In this document: piece after piece, positions 20,367-29,845 of the stretch
Layout: each line of letters starts with the position of its first letter
Numbering within the stretch: the stretch's first letter is position 1
NCBI GenBank assembly: GCA_963664875.1
Contig: OY761611.1
Coordinates: 224,001-288,000 of the forward strand
Source: Candidatus Kapaibacterium sp.
Lineage (GTDB): Bacteria; Bacteroidota; Ignavibacteria; Kapaibacteriales; UBA2268
Length of the DNA stretch: 64,000 bases
Direction: 5' to 3'
The notes under the pieces: generated by a model
What the model was told of the DNA's origin: nothing
Databases searched by the model: none
Seen by the model: only the letters and a program-made list of their open reading frames with translations
Position numbers and translations under genes: made by a program

Positions 20367-21461
20367 ATGAATGATAAAGCAAAGATATTGATTGTTGATG
20401 ATTTACCCAAAAATCTTAAGATGTTAGCTACCTATTTGAAGTTAGAGGGTTTTGATGTAGATTTTTTAGACGATTCTCAGCTTGTACAGGCGTATCTTGA
20501 AAATCATGAAATAGACCTTTTGCTTTTAGACGTAATGATGCCAAAAATTGACGGATTTGAGCTATGTAGAAGAATCAAATCAACTCCAAAATCTGCTGAT
20601 ATACCTGTAATATTTTTGACAGCTCTCACAGATTCGGAACACATAATAAAAGCTTTCGAAGTTGGAGGTGTTGACTATATTAGCAAACCTTTTCATACTT
20701 CAGAGCTTCTCGCTAGGGTAAGAACTCATGTAGAAAATAAAAAATATAGAGAAAAATTAGAGCAATTAAATGCTACTAAAGATAAATTCTTTTCTATAAT
20801 TGCACATGACTTGAAAAATCCAATCTCAAGCATTAAAAACTCTGTTGATTTAATGAGTCGCCTCTATGACGATTTTTCAGATGAAGAACGTAAAGCATAT
20901 TTGCAAAATCTAAGAGAAACTACGGAAAATGTTTTTGATTTGCTACAAAACTTATTAGCATGGTCAAGAACACAGACTAACCGAATAGAGTTCAATCCCG
21001 ATTTATTTGATTTAAAACTCGTAGCTGATAATATTACTACTTTGCTTACTCATCAGGCTAATCAAAAGAATATCTCGTTGTTTCATCAGGTAAAAGAAGG
21101 AACAATGGTTTATGCTGATGTAAATATGATAGCCACCGTGCTGCGTAATCTTGCTTCAAATGCAATTAAATTTACTAAAGAGATGGGCTTAGTAAAGATT
21201 TTTGTTAAGTCAGTGTCAGAGCAGCGAATTGAAATTGTAGTTGAAGATAATGGAGTTGGTATTGAGAGTAATAATTTATCGAAATTATTTTCGATTGCTT
21301 CTAATTTTTCGACTAAAGGCACAAATGCTGAATCCGGAACCGGTTTGGGACTAATTTTGTGTAAAGAATTCGTAGAAAAAAATGGTGGAAGTATCACAGT
21401 TAGTAGTGTTTTAGGCAAAGGAACTTCTTTTAATATCGTATTACCTACGAAAAACATGTAA
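20367..21461 (+). CDS. Hybrid receiver-histidine kinase (REC-HisKA-HATPase) with no sensor domain
   Basis: ILIVDD, LLDVMMP, KPF, IIAHDLKNP, NAIKF, DNGVG, GTGLGL; ATG at 20367 preferred. Confidence 0.93.
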   Translation: MNDKAKILIVDDLPKNLKMLATYLKLEGFDVDFLDDSQLVQAYLENHEIDLLLLDVMMPKIDGFELCRRIKSTPKSADIPVIFLTALTDSEHIIKAFEVGGVDYISKPFHTSELLARVRTHVENKKYREKLEQLNATKDKFFSIIAHDLKNPISSIKNSVDLMSRLYDDFSDEERKAYLQNLRETTENVFDLLQNLLAWSRTQTNRIEFNPDLFDLKLVADNITTLLTHQANQKNISLFHQVKEGTMVYADVNMIATVLRNLASNAIKFTKEMGLVKIFVKSVSEQRIEIVVEDNGVGIESNNLSKLFSIASNFSTKGTNAESGTGLGLILCKEFVEKNGGSITVSSVLGKGTSFNIVLPTKNM

Positions 21462-21519
21462 TTGGCAAAAAAAATCATTATCTTGCCTTTTATGTAAAAT
21501 ATATATTAATTGGATAAAT

Positions 21520-22182
21520 ATGGACTTCGTTGAATTTTGGACACTTTGCTCGGCTAATAATATCGTATTGGATATGGACCAGATTGAACAGTTTAAACGC
21601 TTCCACAAAGAGCTAATCTATTGGAATGAAAAAGTAAATCTTATTTCCAGAAAAGATATGGATAATATTCTGGAAAGGCATTTTATACATTCGCTCACCT
21701 TGTTAAAATATCTAAAAATAGAAGATAAAGCAAGAGTTTTAGATATTGGTACAGGTGGAGGATTTCCCGGTATTCCGTTATCTATTGCCCAACCCAAAGC
21801 ACACTATCTATTGGCAGATTCTATTGCCAAAAAAATCAAACTCACTGAAATGTTTGCAAAACATACCGGGAATAAGCTTGTGAAGACTTACGCCGGTAGA
21901 GTTGAAAATTTGGTAGAAGATAGAAACTATTTGAATTCTTTTGATATTATTACTGCACGAGCTGTAACGCGGACACATACGCTAATTGAATTTTCTGAGA
22001 AGCTACTCAAAAAGGGCGGTGTCTATTATCTTCTGAAAGGCGGAGACTTGACTGAAGAAATTAATGTAACAAAAGATATGTATCCAAACGTAGTAATAAA
22101 AGAGATACCAATTGATTTTAGAGGAGTTGATTGGTTCAAAAAAGAAGATAAGAAAATTTTGGTTGTCAAAAATGTTAAATAG
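21520..22182 (+). CDS. rsmG: 16S rRNA m7G527 methyltransferase
   Basis: WNEKVNLISR, LDIGTGGGFPGIPL, TARAV. Confidence 0.95.
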   Translation: MDFVEFWTLCSANNIVLDMDQIEQFKRFHKELIYWNEKVNLISRKDMDNILERHFIHSLTLLKYLKIEDKARVLDIGTGGGFPGIPLSIAQPKAHYLLADSIAKKIKLTEMFAKHTGNKLVKTYAGRVENLVEDRNYLNSFDIITARAVTRTHTLIEFSEKLLKKGGVYYLLKGGDLTEEINVTKDMYPNVVIKEIPIDFRGVDWFKKEDKKILVVKNVK

Positions 22183-22843
22183 ATATTTTAGATATTTGGT
22201 TTACTTGTTCTTGTTCGTCACCTTTGTTGTAACTTCAGGAAATGTTACCAGCGATTTTGTGATAGCAAGAGTGAAATACGGGGGTGGAGGAGATTGGTAC
22301 AATGATCCTTCAGCTGAGGAAAATCTGTTGGCTTATGTACGTTCAAATACTAACATTGCTGTAAATCCAAAATATACTTACATTGAGTTAAATTCTCAAA
22401 AACTTTCAGACTACCCTGTTATTTTTATTACAGGGCATGGCAATTTAAAGTTTTCAGACGAAGAAGCTGAAAATTTGAGGGACTATCTTGAAAAAGGTGG
22501 TTTTTTATACATAGATGATGATTATGGTTTAGATCCGTATATCAGAAAAGAAATGAAAAAAGTTTTCTCCGATCAGGATTTTGTGGAGCTTCCATTTTCA
22601 CATGGTCTGTATCATTGTCATTATGATTTTCCTTCCGGACCACCCAAAACACACGAGCATGATGATAAAAATCCAAAAGGATTTGGTCTATTTCATGATG
22701 GGAGACTATGTGTGTACTATACTTTCGAATCTAACCCGAGTGACGGCTGGGCAGATGAACGTGTACATAGTGATTCGGAGAAAGTAAGAGAAACTGCTTT
22801 AAAATTTGGAACAAACATTATTGTATGGGCACTATCCAATTAG
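22172..22843 (+). CDS. DUF4159 family exported protein
   Basis: KYGGGGDWY, TGHG, GGFLYIDDDYG, DGW, GTNI motifs; ATG at 22172 preferred. Confidence 0.85.
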   Translation: MLNRYFRYLVYLFLFVTFVVTSGNVTSDFVIARVKYGGGGDWYNDPSAEENLLAYVRSNTNIAVNPKYTYIELNSQKLSDYPVIFITGHGNLKFSDEEAENLRDYLEKGGFLYIDDDYGLDPYIRKEMKKVFSDQDFVELPFSHGLYHCHYDFPSGPPKTHEHDDKNPKGFGLFHDGRLCVYYTFESNPSDGWADERVHSDSEKVRETALKFGTNIIVWALSN

Positions 22844-22848
22844 AGAAT

Positions 22849-25800
22849 ATGGAAAAGTATAATAAAAAAGATAAAATAATACATAAAATAGATCAAACTA
22901 AGCGTACAGAACTGGTTAGCATTACATTAACTAATTTTGTATATGCTGCTTCTGTATCAGGTATGGCGGCAATAGTCTTTATAGCTTTGGAGTCTCTTCT
23001 GAATTCCGGTGTTACTACTCGAACAGCTTTTGTTGGGACATGGGCAGTTATTACGCTTTTTGTGTTTGTATTGGCTGTATTACCGACATTGAGATATTGG
23101 CGAGACAATAGTAAATCAGGTGTTGAATCTATTGCTTTCAGAGTAGGTGAGGTTTATCCGGATATCAAGGATACATTAAGCAACGCTATTCAGTTACGAT
23201 ACCGAAATAATACTGCAGATATTTTTTCTAACGAGCTAATTATGGCTTCATACTCTGAAGCTGTTAGAAAATCAGAAAGCAAAGATTTTTCAGTAATTAT
23301 CGATAAAAAGTCAAGAAAAAAAGCAATTTTACTTTTTTTATCTGTGATTGCAATCTCAACTCTTTCCTTTTTTGCCATAGGAAAAGATTCTCAATCTGCT
23401 TTAAACAGACTTGTCAATTACAACCAGTCATTTGTGCCTGCAGCTCCTTTTTCACTATCTATTTCGCCAAAATCTGCTGAAATAGAAAGAGGAGACAGTA
23501 TAAACATTAAGGTAAGTTATTCCGGCAAACTTAATCAAAAAGTATTACTTTATATCAAATATGAAAATGATACTGATTTTGAAAAAATTGAACTTAATAA
23601 TAAGACTTCTGATAGCTATAACTACAAATTTAATGCTTTGAAATATAATGTACAATGTTTCGCAATGGCTGAGTGGTTTGATGCTCCGGTTTTAACAGAC
23701 ACTTGCAAAATTAGAATATATGAAAGACCGTATGTGAAATCATTTGAGGGCTCCGTAGTTTATCCTTCATATACCGGGAAATCTCGTGTATATTTTAATC
23801 AGGAGTCAGGAGATATTTCTGCACTAACAGGTAGTAATATTGAATTAACAGCTACAACCGCTAAACCTATTAAGAACGCAAAAGTAGAATGGATAAGCAA
23901 TGCTTTAAAAGATTCAGCAACTACCAAAGACACTACATATTATGAAATGGTTACAAGAGAAAACACTGCCACAGTAAATTTCAAATTGCGTAATTCAGGT
24001 ACTTACAAAATACTTGTCGAAGATGAGGATGGTTTCAAAAATTCAAATCCTATAGAATATACAGCTTTGGCTTTGAATGATGAATATCCTGCTATTACTC
24101 TTCTACAACCAATTTCTGACATCAGAATAGGAGATAGTGGTCTATTGCCTATCAAGGTTGATATCAGTGATGATTATGGCTTTTCTTCACTTCTATTAAA
24201 ATACAAGCGAATAGAATCGCGATATACCGAACCTGATGTTGATTTTAGCACTCTAAAAATCGAAATTCCAAAAAGAGAGAATATGCAAAACGTGTTTTAT
24301 GTATGGAATTTGCACGATTTGAATATTTCTCCTGAAGACAAATACGAGTACTTCCTTGAGATAGCGGATAATGACATAATTTCAGGACCAAAAAAAGCTC
24401 AGACGATTCACTTGACTGTCAAATTGCCTTCTCTGATGGAAGCGATGCAGGATGCAGAAAACGAACAAAAACAAATAGAAGAAGAATTAAAGAAAGTGCT
24501 TGCTGAAACTCAAAAAGTACAAAAGGAAATGGAAGAATTTGACCGAAAAGTTCTTAAAAACAAAGACAAGAAAGAACTAAACTGGGAAGATAAAAAGAAA
24601 CTCGAAAAAATAGCAGACAAGAAAAAAGAAATAAACGATAAACTTGAGAACATACAAGACCGATTGCAAAAAGCAACTGACGAAATGCAAAAATCAAATA
24701 TGCTTTCTGAAGAAACAATGCAGAAATATATGCAGCTTCAAGATTTGATGTCAAAAATTGACAATCAGGAATTTAGGCAAATGCAACAGAATCTGCAGGA
24801 AGCTCTGAAGCAAATGGATAAAAATCAAATTCAAAAAGCAATGGAAAACTTTGAATTTAACGAAGAACAGTTCAAAGACAATATTGAAAGAACAATGAAG
24901 ATGCTCAAAAGGATGCAAGCTGAGCAAAAAACAGACGCTATCAAAAAGCAGGCTGAAAAAATGGCTAAGCAGCAGGAAGAGTTGAGTAAAGAATTGGAAA
25001 AAGCTAACAAAGAACAAGCAAAAGAGCTTGCAAAAAAACAAGAACAGCTTGCTAAAGACATGGAAAGGCTCCAAGAAGAGCTCAAAAAGCTCGAAGAGCT
25101 AATGGAGCAGTATCAGGACGAAATGCCTTTAGAAGAGCTAAAACAAGCAATGGATGAACTTAATGCTGAGCAAACAAAACAGGAGATGATGCAGGCTGCT
25201 TCTCAGATGCAACAAAACCAGAAATCCAGTGCGCAGAAAAATCAAAAATCTGCTCAAAATAAAATGCAAAAATTATCTAAGTCTATGCAGCAAATGAAAG
25301 AACAGCTGCAGCAACAAGATAATCAAGAGGCAATGCGCCAACTGGAAAAATCTATTTCTGATATGATTGAGATTTCTAAAAATCAAGAAGAAATAGCTAA
25401 ACAAACTGCTAATGCGGACTATAATTCTAAAAAAATACCGGAAATTGCTTCAAAACAGGAAAAAAACTCGCAAGCACTAATAAACGTAGCTGCCAATCTT
25501 TCAAAATTGGGTGAAAAGTCATTTTCTGTAACTCCTGAAATGGGTAGAGAATTGGGCAATTCTATGCAACAAATGTCAGAATCGATTTCTCAGTTAGCTG
25601 AACGACGTACACACTTTGCAAAAAAAGCACAATCCACAGCTATGACTTCCCTTAATTCGGCAATAGCTCAGATGCAGGATATGCTGGGACAGATGAAACA
25701 AAATGGTGGTTCCTGCAATAATCCGGGTGGTAGCGGAGAAGGTTCAATGCCTAAACCCGGCGGTATGGGATTCCAGCAACAATTACAGCAAATTGCAGCA

Positions 25801-26325
25801 GAACAGCAGGTGATAAATCAGTCGCTTAAGCAAATGATGCAGCAAGGTGGTTCACGTATGTCTCCACAGCAACAGGCACAACACCAAAGACTCTCTGATA
25901 AACAGGGGCAAGCAGCTGAGCAAATGCACAAGTTAGCTGACGAACAAAAGCAGTTTGGAAATAAAGGTGAAAGAAAAACTGTAGGTGATTTAAATAAACT
26001 TTCTAAAGAAATGGAAGAAGTCGTAAAAGATATGCAATCAGGAAAAATCGATCAGGAAACTATCAACAAACAAGATAAGATTCTTTCCAGATTGTTAGAT
26101 GCTACTCGCTCAATAAATGACAGAGATTTCGAAAAACAAAGAGAATCGAAAGAGGGTAGTAGCAGACTTTTAGTTTCACCATCTGAAATAGATCTAAAAA
26201 CACAGGAAGGAAAGTCAAGGCTGTTTAGAGAAATATTACGAGCTTCAAAAAATACCTATACTAAAGACTATCAAGCGATAATTCAGAAGTATTTCAAGCA
26301 ATTAGAAAGTAAAGAAACAAAATAA
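22849..26325 (+). CDS. DUF4175-like membrane-anchored protein with Ig-like domains and a long Gln/Glu-rich coiled coil
   Basis: Three N-terminal TM helices, SDDYG and ADND..SGPK motifs, long Q/E/M-rich tail ending Y...IQKYF. Confidence 0.75.
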   Translation: MEKYNKKDKIIHKIDQTKRTELVSITLTNFVYAASVSGMAAIVFIALESLLNSGVTTRTAFVGTWAVITLFVFVLAVLPTLRYWRDNSKSGVESIAFRVGEVYPDIKDTLSNAIQLRYRNNTADIFSNELIMASYSEAVRKSESKDFSVIIDKKSRKKAILLFLSVIAISTLSFFAIGKDSQSALNRLVNYNQSFVPAAPFSLSISPKSAEIERGDSINIKVSYSGKLNQKVLLYIKYENDTDFEKIELNNKTSDSYNYKFNALKYNVQCFAMAEWFDAPVLTDTCKIRIYERPYVKSFEGSVVYPSYTGKSRVYFNQESGDISALTGSNIELTATTAKPIKNAKVEWISNALKDSATTKDTTYYEMVTRENTATVNFKLRNSGTYKILVEDEDGFKNSNPIEYTALALNDEYPAITLLQPISDIRIGDSGLLPIKVDISDDYGFSSLLLKYKRIESRYTEPDVDFSTLKIEIPKRENMQNVFYVWNLHDLNISPEDKYEYFLEIADNDIISGPKKAQTIHLTVKLPSLMEAMQDAENEQKQIEEELKKVLAETQKVQKEMEEFDRKVLKNKDKKELNWEDKKKLEKIADKKKEINDKLENIQDRLQKATDEMQKSNMLSEETMQKYMQLQDLMSKIDNQEFRQMQQNLQEALKQMDKNQIQKAMENFEFNEEQFKDNIERTMKMLKRMQAEQKTDAIKKQAEKMAKQQEELSKELEKANKEQAKELAKKQEQLAKDMERLQEELKKLEELMEQYQDEMPLEELKQAMDELNAEQTKQEMMQAASQMQQNQKSSAQKNQKSAQNKMQKLSKSMQQMKEQLQQQDNQEAMRQLEKSISDMIEISKNQEEIAKQTANADYNSKKIPEIASKQEKNSQALINVAANLSKLGEKSFSVTPEMGRELGNSMQQMSESISQLAERRTHFAKKAQSTAMTSLNSAIAQMQDMLGQMKQNGGSCNNPGGSGEGSMPKPGGMGFQQQLQQIAAEQQVINQSLKQMMQQGGSRMSPQQQAQHQRLSDKQGQAAEQMHKLADEQKQFGNKGERKTVGDLNKLSKEMEEVVKDMQSGKIDQETINKQDKILSRLLDATRSINDRDFEKQRESKEGSSRLLVSPSEIDLKTQEGKSRLFREILRASKNTYTKDYQAIIQKYFKQLESKETK

Positions 26326-26347
26326 AAACTAGATAATTTTACACGAG

Positions 26348-26370
26348 AAGCTGCCTGCTGGCAGCTTTTT
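26348..26370 (+). terminator. Intrinsic terminator
   Basis: AAGCTGCC-TGCT-GGCAGCTT followed by TTT. Confidence 0.85.
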
Positions 26371-26444
26371 GTAGTTTAAGCATTTCCTCTCTACAAAAAG
26401 TACAATGGACTAATCGATTTAAAATCCGAAATGAATCAAAAATA

Positions 26445-26493
26445 TGAGACTAAAAAGAATCCAAAGTGTCTATAAAAATATAAGACTATAATA
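26445..26493 (+). promoter_or_regulatory. 49-bp upstream element, copy 1 (possible ECF-type promoter or protein-binding site)
   Basis: 46/49 identical to 28101-28149; GAGAC(T/G)-N17-TCTA arrangement. Confidence 0.65.
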
Positions 26494-26504
26494 GAGGGAA
26501 GGTT

Positions 26505-28010
26505 GTGAAAATACATTATATACTAATTTTTGTGAGTTGTTTAGTTACAAGTCGTGCTACTGAATTAATCACACTCGACAGTGTTGCCCATATTTATGAA
26601 AATGATGTCAATAGACAACGCAATCATTATACTTGGTCTTTTGAATATGATAGCAATGGTAGATTAAAAAGAGAGAGCTCTTTTACATTCGCTTCTGATT
26701 TTAAAAGTTTGACTAAACATCGAGAAAAACGTTACATTTTTCATGCAAATGGTGAGTTGGAATTTTACAGCAATATTATATTTGATCCCGGTACTGAGGC
26801 TATATCTTCACAACAAACAATTATGAATTACTACGAGCAAAGTTTGTTGACAAAAACTGTAACTTCTTTTTGGAATAAAGAAAAATTAAAATTAGAGCCA
26901 TCAGATAGTACTTTGTATTACTATAATTCGGACGATAGAGTTGATTCTGCTATTGTTTGGACTAACGGGTCTGAATTTAAATATGCATATAGTTTTAATA
27001 CTAATTCGCAAAACAACGGATATAATTCTTACGAAGAACGATTTGTGTATGACAGTATTGATAAACAGTGGAAAGAAAAGGGGTTTAAAGTATATGAATC
27101 TTATGATTTGGAAATGCGCTTGCTTAGCCATCTTCAGTTAAGTTGGACACCTCCGCATCCGTACGTAAATATTAGATCATATTATTATAACTATGATTTT
27201 ATAGGCAGATTGACGGATTACGAGTATAGAGAAAAGCTCCGATCAATGCCGGACAAAGGTACACAACCCTACACTAAGATTGAATACTTTTATAATTCGG
27301 GTGGAAAATTAGATTCTGTTGCTGAATTTTCAAGAGTATTTAAAAATGAGGATATTGGAATGGTGTACGAGCTATATCAATCACATAAATATGTTTTCGA
27401 TTCTGATGGAAATTATCTTCAGCATAACTTTCACAAATGGTGGGAGTATATGAATATCTACTATCCAATTTTCTATTTTTCTAATTTTTTCCACGATGAA
27501 ATATATAACGTAATTTACTCTGAGACCAGACAAATAATTGAAGATGAAGATAAAAAGTATCAGAAAATTAGGTATGAATATAATAAAGACTATAAACATG
27601 ACAGCATAATTGTACCGAGTATCGATTATTTTAACGATTCTTATTCGAGAATAAGCCAACTTGTTTCACAGAAATATTTTAATTGGGATCAAGATAAAAA
27701 TAATTATGAATTAGATCATACAATAAAATATATATACTCAAACTCTGATACAGGAATTTCTAAGAAATTGAATACTCAACATCTGCTATCTTTCTATCCA
27801 AACCCTACATCAAACTATATTTACTTTAAAACATTGGAAGAGACTTCGGGTAAGATAAGTATTTACAATGTCGAAGGTGAGCTACTCATTTATCAGCATA
27901 TAGGTGCCTTTGCTCCTATAAATATTCAAAAACTTGGGATAGGTACCTACTATTTTGTGTTTGAATGTGATGGGAAGAAGGAGAGAGGAAAGTTTGTTGT
28001 GGAGAGATAG
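26505..28010 (+). CDS. Secreted Tyr-rich beta-strand repeat protein with T9SS type A C-terminal sorting domain
   Basis: Signal peptide; YD-like units (YDSNGRL, YDFIGRL); C-terminus FYPNP...IYN..G...GTYY...KFVVER. Confidence 0.85.
   Translation: MKIHYILIFVSCLVTSRATELITLDSVAHIYENDVNRQRNHYTWSFEYDSNGRLKRESSFTFASDFKSLTKHREKRYIFHANGELEFYSNIIFDPGTEAISSQQTIMNYYEQSLLTKTVTSFWNKEKLKLEPSDSTLYYYNSDDRVDSAIVWTNGSEFKYAYSFNTNSQNNGYNSYEERFVYDSIDKQWKEKGFKVYESYDLEMRLLSHLQLSWTPPHPYVNIRSYYYNYDFIGRLTDYEYREKLRSMPDKGTQPYTKIEYFYNSGGKLDSVAEFSRVFKNEDIGMVYELYQSHKYVFDSDGNYLQHNFHKWWEYMNIYYPIFYFSNFFHDEIYNVIYSETRQIIEDEDKKYQKIRYEYNKDYKHDSIIVPSIDYFNDSYSRISQLVSQKYFNWDQDKNNYELDHTIKYIYSNSDTGISKKLNTQHLLSFYPNPTSNYIYFKTLEETSGKISIYNVEGELLIYQHIGAFAPINIQKLGIGTYYFVFECDGKKERGKFVVER
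27793..28009 (+). repeat. 217-bp direct repeat, copy 1 (CTD coding)
   Basis: 9 mismatches against 29415-29631 by manual alignment. Confidence 0.95.
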
Positions 28011-28100
28011 TTGATTGAAAAATGCTGTCTTAGGTCAGATTATTTTGTTAAGGTGCTAAGTCTTGATATATTAAGCCTCAAAGATAACTATAAAAATTAT

Positions 28101-28149
28101 TGAGACGAAAAATAATCCTAAGTGTCTATAAAAATATAAGACTATAATA
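28101..28149 (+). promoter_or_regulatory. 49-bp upstream element, copy 2
   Basis: 46/49 identical to 26445-26493; lies at a similar distance from the start codon. Confidence 0.65.
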
Positions 28150-28162
28150 TTGGAGTACTATT

Positions 28163-29632
28163 TTGAAACTGTTATGCATAGTAATTTTATATTTTGGAAT
28201 TATCTTTACTTCATTACATGCTTCAGGAAAGCAAACTCTCGATAGTACTTTCCGACTTAGTTATAATGAGAATCAAGAAGCAGTGTTGTTTACTTCTTCT
28301 ATGAAATATGATTCCTTGGGGCGGTTGCTCTGGTTGAAAGACTATGAAGTAGATTATTATACAGGAAATATATTGAAACACATCGAGAATAAATTTGTTT
28401 ATAGTGGAGATTATATCACTTTCCACATTTATTCAGAAATAAATCCTAAAACAAAAGGACTACTTTCTCAGAAAATACACAGAGATTATTATAATGATAA
28501 AGGTTTGCTTGAAAAAACAGTCAATTCTGTTGTTGTAATCGACTCTATGTATATTGCACCTGTTGATAGCATAGAATATGAATATGATGAAGAAGGATTT
28601 TTAAGAACAAAAATTGAGTATAAAACGAATGGTATCTATAAAACTATTTACGAAGGTGGTAGTTTAGTAGTTTCTGAATACTATTATGTATTGCAGCCGG
28701 AAACTAATATTTGGGAGCAAATTTTAGAAAGAAAACATAGATATTACGATGATAGAGGTAATTTGACCCGTGTATTTATAGTACACTGGTTTAACGATTT
28801 TCCTAAAACGCACACATATGATTATCAATATAAGTATGATTCTCTAGATCGTTTGATTGATTATGAATTCTATGATGATGATTTATATAGCCCACCGTTT
28901 CCTGCTGATAAAGTTTCTTATTTTTATAATAAGTTCAATAAACTTGACTCTGTTTTAGATTATCGCTGCAATTATATTGGAGGACCTGAAAATTGGGACT
29001 TTGTAGTTTTTGAAGCTACACGTTACTTTTATGACAGTGAAGGAACTTTAGAAGAAATTAAATTTGATCAAATAACTGATTATTTACCTTTGTCATATCA
29101 TTCGATTGCTCTATCAGATGAATTGAATAATATTGTTAGAATTGAAAAGACAACAAGCCAAAAAGATGTAATCATAAAGAAAGAACTGATTGAATATAGC
29201 TATAATAAAAATGTACTCTTCTCTGATATAATTCTTCCAAATGATGATTGCTTTGATGACTTATTTTCTTTTAAAAATAGACTTAATACCCAAAGAAATT
29301 ATAAATGGGACTATGAGCAAAAAGAATATAATCTAATTGGCATGAATAATTATTTTTACTCTGATTTTTCTACGGATATAGTAGAAGTTAGAAATATCAA
29401 TAGCAAAGTTTTAGTCTATCCAAACCCTGCATCAAACTATATTTACTTTAAAACATTGGAAGAGACTTCGGGTAAGATAAGTATTTACAATGTAGAAGGT
29501 GAGCTACTTATTTATCAGCATATAGATGCCTTTGCTCCTATAAATATTCAAAAACTTGGGATAGGTACTTACTATTTTGTTTTTGAAAGTGACGGGAAGC
29601 AGGAGAGAGGAAAGTTTGTTGTGGAGAGATAA
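28163..29632 (+). CDS. Secreted Tyr-rich beta-strand repeat protein with T9SS type A C-terminal sorting domain (paralog)
   Basis: Signal peptide; YDSLGRL, YDDRGNL, YDSLDRL units; C-terminus VYPNP...KFVVER. Confidence 0.85.
   Translation: MKLLCIVILYFGIIFTSLHASGKQTLDSTFRLSYNENQEAVLFTSSMKYDSLGRLLWLKDYEVDYYTGNILKHIENKFVYSGDYITFHIYSEINPKTKGLLSQKIHRDYYNDKGLLEKTVNSVVVIDSMYIAPVDSIEYEYDEEGFLRTKIEYKTNGIYKTIYEGGSLVVSEYYYVLQPETNIWEQILERKHRYYDDRGNLTRVFIVHWFNDFPKTHTYDYQYKYDSLDRLIDYEFYDDDLYSPPFPADKVSYFYNKFNKLDSVLDYRCNYIGGPENWDFVVFEATRYFYDSEGTLEEIKFDQITDYLPLSYHSIALSDELNNIVRIEKTTSQKDVIIKKELIEYSYNKNVLFSDIILPNDDCFDDLFSFKNRLNTQRNYKWDYEQKEYNLIGMNNYFYSDFSTDIVEVRNINSKVLVYPNPASNYIYFKTLEETSGKISIYNVEGELLIYQHIDAFAPINIQKLGIGTYYFVFESDGKQERGKFVVER
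29415..29631 (+). repeat. 217-bp direct repeat, copy 2 (CTD coding)
   Basis: About 96% identical to 27793-28009. Confidence 0.95.
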
Positions 29633-29667
29633 AAAAAAGCTACCTGAATTACTTTAGGTAGCTTCTT
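29631..29667. terminator. Hairpin terminator; the A run suggests best function on the minus strand
   Basis: A8 then GCTACCTGAA / TTTAGGTAGC followed by TTCTT. Confidence 0.8.
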
Positions 29668-29689
29668 AGAACAGAATTATAGGCAATTA

Positions 29690-29845
29690 TTACATTTTGC
29701 CGTTTCTTTTCAAAACATCTCTTGCGATGATAAATTTCTGGATTTCGTTTGTACCTTCGAAGATTTTGTTGATTCTGGAATCTCTGTAGAATCTTTCGAT
29801 TGGCATTTCACGAGAGAAGCCCTTACCGTCGTGAAGCTGCATTGC
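29690..29845 (-). pseudogene. 3' fragment of an acyl-CoA dehydrogenase gene (not in ORF track)
   Basis: Manual translation AMQLHDGKGFSREMPIERFYRDSRINKIFEGTNEIQKFIIARDVLKRNGKM*; resembles the C-terminus of the intact ACAD at 58017; in-frame stop directly upstream. Confidence 0.88.

Noticed and set aside
24450-26100. Repetitive CAA/GAA-rich DNA as a tandem repeat
   Set aside because: Explained by Gln/Glu/Lys coiled-coil coding; no discrete repeat unit
26445-28149. CRISPR repeats or integron attC sites
   Set aside because: Only two copies 1.66 kb apart, no spacers, no cas or integrase genes, and no RYYYAAC/GTTRRRY ends
27793-29631. Diversity-generating retroelement TR/VR pair
   Set aside because: The 9 mismatches are not adenine-specific (several C/T and G/T), both copies are coding, and there is no reverse transcriptase in the window
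26505-29632. Rhs/YD polymorphic toxins
   Set aside because: YD-like units are present but there is no PxxxxDPxG core end, the C-terminus is the conserved part, and no immunity-sized ORFs follow
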